From Octopus bimaculoides (taxonomy: Eukaryota), in the NCBI RefSeq assembly GCF_001194135.2, contig NC_068987.1, positions 89,057,322 through 89,098,586 of the forward strand: 41,265 nucleotides of DNA, written 5' to 3'. Below are positions 37,955-41,265 of the stretch, piece after piece. The notes beneath the pieces were generated by a model. It did no database searches and was not told where the DNA came from. It was given only the letters and a program-made list of their open reading frames with translations. The position numbers were made by a program, and so were the translations under genes. Within the stretch, counting starts at the first letter, position 1; every line of letters begins with the position of its first letter.

Positions 37955-38269
37955 GTACTTACTGGCCACCTCAAGACAAAATCCGTCGATTTTCGTCGGC
38001 TACCGATATATTTTTGTGTGCTTTGTAACTCTGTATGTCTATAATAAATACTATCTCAAGATGAATACCGCAGATAATTATGTTTTCCGTGATGTATCAG
38101 ATTAAGTATGATACACAGATTGCTATTTTAAACTAATACTGCTTCTGTTGCGCATAACGAGTTCTTATCCAGCCTGTCGGCTAATTGTAACACCAGTAGC
38201 TTTTCAATCACTGTTTTACTATATCGCTAACAACGAAATTTGGCCTAGCATGCAGTCGCTAGTGGATGC

Positions 38270-38314
38270 TTGCTACTGATGAAACTCAAAGAAGCAGAGA
38301 TACGCATCTAACAA
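38270..38314 (+). ncRNA. Degenerate minimal hammerhead motif (right copy of inverted pair)
   Basis: UUGCUA-CUGAUGA-A-ACUCAAAGAAGC-A-GAGAU-ACGC-AUC-UAACAA: stem I 5 of 6 bp paired, AUC triplet, A14 mutated. Confidence 0.6.
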
Positions 38315-38690
38315 CGATGCCACAGCTACTGGATGATTTTCGTTCGCTCTTGATATATTGCTATGCTTTCAACACTCTATGCCTACTCTTACGTTTGACT
38401 CCATTTCTTAATTTATATATATATATATATATATATAAAAGAATAAGGATTTGAAATCCGAGCAGGTACCTTATTAGCTCTCTGATATAAACCGCGTTGA
38501 ATGATAGGGTGCATACAAAATTGTCTAAGATAAACAGTTAAACAGTTCTTCGTTCCAGAGTTTGAAATATATAATCAAGACATCATAAAAAAGAATGAAG
38601 AATTATACAACTTCAAAAATTGGCACCTATGGCAAGTGTCAGCCTTGTGGGTGGTTTGGTAGACAGAAACTAAAAGAAGTCCGTCGTATA

Positions 38691-38729
<39 letters not shown>

Positions 38730-38946
38730 NNNNNNNNNNNNNNNNNNNNNNNNNNNNNNNNNNNNNNNNNNNNNNNNNNNNNNNNNNNNNNNNNNNNNNN
38801 NNNNNNNNNNNNNNNNNNNNNNNNNNNNNNNNNNNNNNNNNNNNNNNNNNNNNNNNNNNNNNNNNNNNNNNNNNNNNNNNNNNNNNNNNNNNNNNNNNNN
38901 NNNNNNNNNNNNNNNNNNNNNNNNNNNNNNNNNNNNNNNNNNNNNN

Positions 38947-39183
38947 ATATAATTGTTAAAGAGGACAACAAACGTTAAGGCAAGGCAAACATCTCAAGTC
39001 ATATACATGATTATTATTATTATTGGAAAAAATTCAGTCTTACAGCTGTTTCTGGGTCATCCCATACTTTGGGATATCCCAGAAACAGCTGTAAGACTTT
39101 GAATTGTTTCCAATAATAATAATGTATATGACTTGAGATGTTTGCCTTGCCTTAACGTTTGTTGTCCTCTTTAACAATTATAT
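38947..39183. repeat. 237-bp near-perfect palindrome centred on the 3' half of a hammerhead motif
   Basis: Arms atataattgttaaagagg...gtcttacagctgtttctggg and cccagaaacagctgtaagac...cctctttaacaattatat; the left end abuts an N gap. Confidence 0.9.
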
Positions 39184-39309
39184 ATCCGCTGCATCGGAAA
39201 TCTGCAATGGCTTCTTAACTACCGTCTCGGCTATAACCTTGAAGCCCTAGTAATCTGTTACAGCACTTACCTAGTGTACCTAATCGTTTAGATCACTTGT
39301 GAAGTAAAC

Positions 39310-39575
39310 CTCCATATTTTGTGTATATATACAAATATATATGTGTATGTGTGTGTGTGTGTATTTGGGTGTCTGTGTTTGTTCCCCCACCATCGCTTGA
39401 CACCGATGTTGGTGTGTTTACGTCCCCATAAATTAGCGGTTCGGCAAAAGACACCGATAGAATAAGTACTATGCTTACAAAGAATAAGTTCTGGGGTCGA
39501 TTGTTTTCGTCTAAAGGTGGTGATCCAGCATGGCCGCAGTCAAATGACTGAAATAAGTAAAAGAATAAAAGAATA
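39310..39575 (+). mobile_element. SINE family A, 3' half
   Basis: ctgtgtttgttcccccaccatcgcttgac...agcggttcggcaaaagacaccgatagaataagtact...cagcatggccgcagtcaaatgactgaaa. Confidence 0.9.
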
Positions 39576-39604
39576 TGTTATTTTCATTAAATTCCAGCCC
39601 TGGA

Positions 39605-39638
<34 letters not shown>

Positions 39639-40033
39639 CGACACCAGTTTTTTTCTATTTGTTGATTGTCACACTGTAGATATACCGTTCATGCGCAGAC
39701 ATCTTTCTCGAGTCTAGAAGCTCGTTAAGTCGGAACTTGTCTCGATGTATGTGGCTTTTAAGCGACTGGGAGTACAAAACAATCTCCTCAATTTGACGCC
39801 ATCCAAAATTGGTTTTTAACATAGGCACAAGGCTTCCAGTTTCATGGATGAATTTAATTGATTGAAACGGCTGAGTAACCATCTGATACCCTATTTGATG
39901 CGTAAAAGAATTACGGGTATATGAAACGTACTCCAATTTCAGTGGCATACCATATGTAGAAGAAAATTAAATTACGAATTAAAAACAGCTTTGGTTATGT
40001 AAACATTACTACGGTCGCACATACATACACGTA

Positions 40034-40403
40034 CATGTTTCGTTTATATGTCATATTTGCTGCGGGATAGCCCCCGGGGAAAGTTCCCCAACCAACGCCG
40101 AATGTTAAAGAACCCCTGAATGTCACAGACTAGGTGAGATAACTCGCCCCGGAATCAGCAAATGGATTTCTCTATATTTACATATCAGTCACAGACCAGC
40201 GATTCACTTCGTTTGGAGATGATCCGAGAACATGGTATTGATGGGCCATAATAATGGCGAAATATCGATATCTATCATTCTCAGTGATTCCGAAGCGAGT
40301 TGTCTCACCTGGTATGACATTCAGAGGTTCTTTAACATTCGTTGTCATTTGGGAAGCTTTCCTGGGCGCTATTCCGCAGCAAATGAGGCATATAAACAAA
40401 ACG
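40034..40403. mobile_element. MITE with ~120-bp diverged TIRs, possibly TA-flanked
   Basis: tttcgtttatatgtcatatttgctgcgggatagc...gaatgttaaagaacccctgaatgtca...ggtgagataactcgc...ggaatca matches the reverse complement of 40284-40403. Confidence 0.8.
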
Positions 40404-40759
40404 TATACTATGAATGTGTGACCAATAATGTTTACATTTTTCGGTAAGAAAGTGCGTCTTTTATGCCACCAAATACAGGGCATATTTTATCGAACTAAAA
40501 AAGAAAAATCGATTTTCATGGTATTTGAACTCAGAACATAAAGGGCAGAAATGGAATATCGCGAGACAAGAGCTGTTCGATGATCTAGTTCAATCATGAG
40601 TCAAGTGCAACCCACAGGACTTGCTGAATGGCCTGCCTATAAAAACGAAAAATCACTGTTGATGATCCATGTCTCATCCGGCCCGCTTCTCGTAAAAGAT
40701 TGCCCATGCTTGATCTGGATGTTGCCAAAACACAATCCTTCATCATTTATTGCATGATA

Positions 40760-41030
40760 TAGGTTTCAAATTTAGCACAAGGCCAGCAGTTTCGAGGAAA
40801 GGGATAATTTGGTTTCAAATTTTGGCGCAAGGCCTGCAAGTTTGGGACAGAGGGAAAGTCGATTAGATCGACCCCCCAGTGCTCAACTGGTACTTATTTT
40901 ATCGACCCCGAAAGGTTGATAGGAAAAGTCAACCTCGGCGGCATTTGAAATCAGAACATAAAGACGGACGAAATGCCGGTAAGCATTTTGTCCGATGTTC
41001 TAACGATTCTGCTAATTCGCCACCTTGCAT
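40760..41030 (-). mobile_element. SINE family B
   Basis: ggtttcaaattt(a/t)gcacaagg duplicated; gaaaagtcaacctcggcggcatttgaaatcagaac...ttctgctaattcgccacc. Confidence 0.85.
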
Positions 41031-41099
41031 CGACTTAACATTATGCTATAAATAAAGGCGGCGAACCGGCAGAATCGTTAACACGCCGGGCAAAATGCT

Positions 41100-41226
41100 T
41101 TGTAAGCCTAGTACTTATTCTATAGGTCTCTTTTGCCGAACCGCTAAGTTACGGGGGCATAAACACACCAGCATCGGTCGTCAAGCAATGTTGGAGGGAC
41201 AAACACAGACACACAAACATATACAC

Positions 41227-41240
<14 letters not shown>
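41100..41240 (-). mobile_element. SINE family A, 3' half (runs into the terminal microsatellite)
   Basis: tttgtaagcctagtacttattctat...gaaccgctaagttacggg...ccagcatcggtcgtcaagcaatgttgg. Confidence 0.9.

Positions 41241-41265
<25 letters not shown>

Noticed and set aside
1-41265. CRISPR arrays, operons or prokaryotic defence systems
   Set aside because: Sequence is eukaryotic repeat-rich DNA; recurring repeats are SINE/MITE copies, not regularly spaced direct repeats with unique spacers.

Overview
AT-rich, repeat-dense eukaryotic genomic DNA from a gapped draft assembly, with many N-runs flanked by microsatellites. The repeat content (two abundant tRNA-headed SINE families, (TA)n/(TG)n/(TATG)n tracts, TTAGGG tracts) resembles octopus/cephalopod DNA; this is inference from pattern recognition, not a database search. 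No intact protein-coding gene is supported: nearly all ORF-track entries are microsatellite, gap or repeat artefacts. The window holds >20 SINE copies, decayed LINE fragments (RTE x2, L1/Tx1-like x2, possible CR1), a decayed hAT transposase, and many fold-back/MITE elements. Two signals stand out. (1) A set of minimal type I hammerhead-ribozyme motifs of the kind carried by Penelope-like retroelements: one with an intact core at 25449-25496, a diverged inverted pair at 37912-38314, and a 237-bp palindrome at 38947-39183 folded at the ribozyme stem II. (2) A 602-bp MITE with 37-bp perfect TIRs, an 8-bp TSD and three nested inverted repeats centred on a head-to-head telomere-repeat palindrome, with related copies elsewhere in the window. 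A weak candidate host exon encoding a signal peptide lies at 8987-9034.
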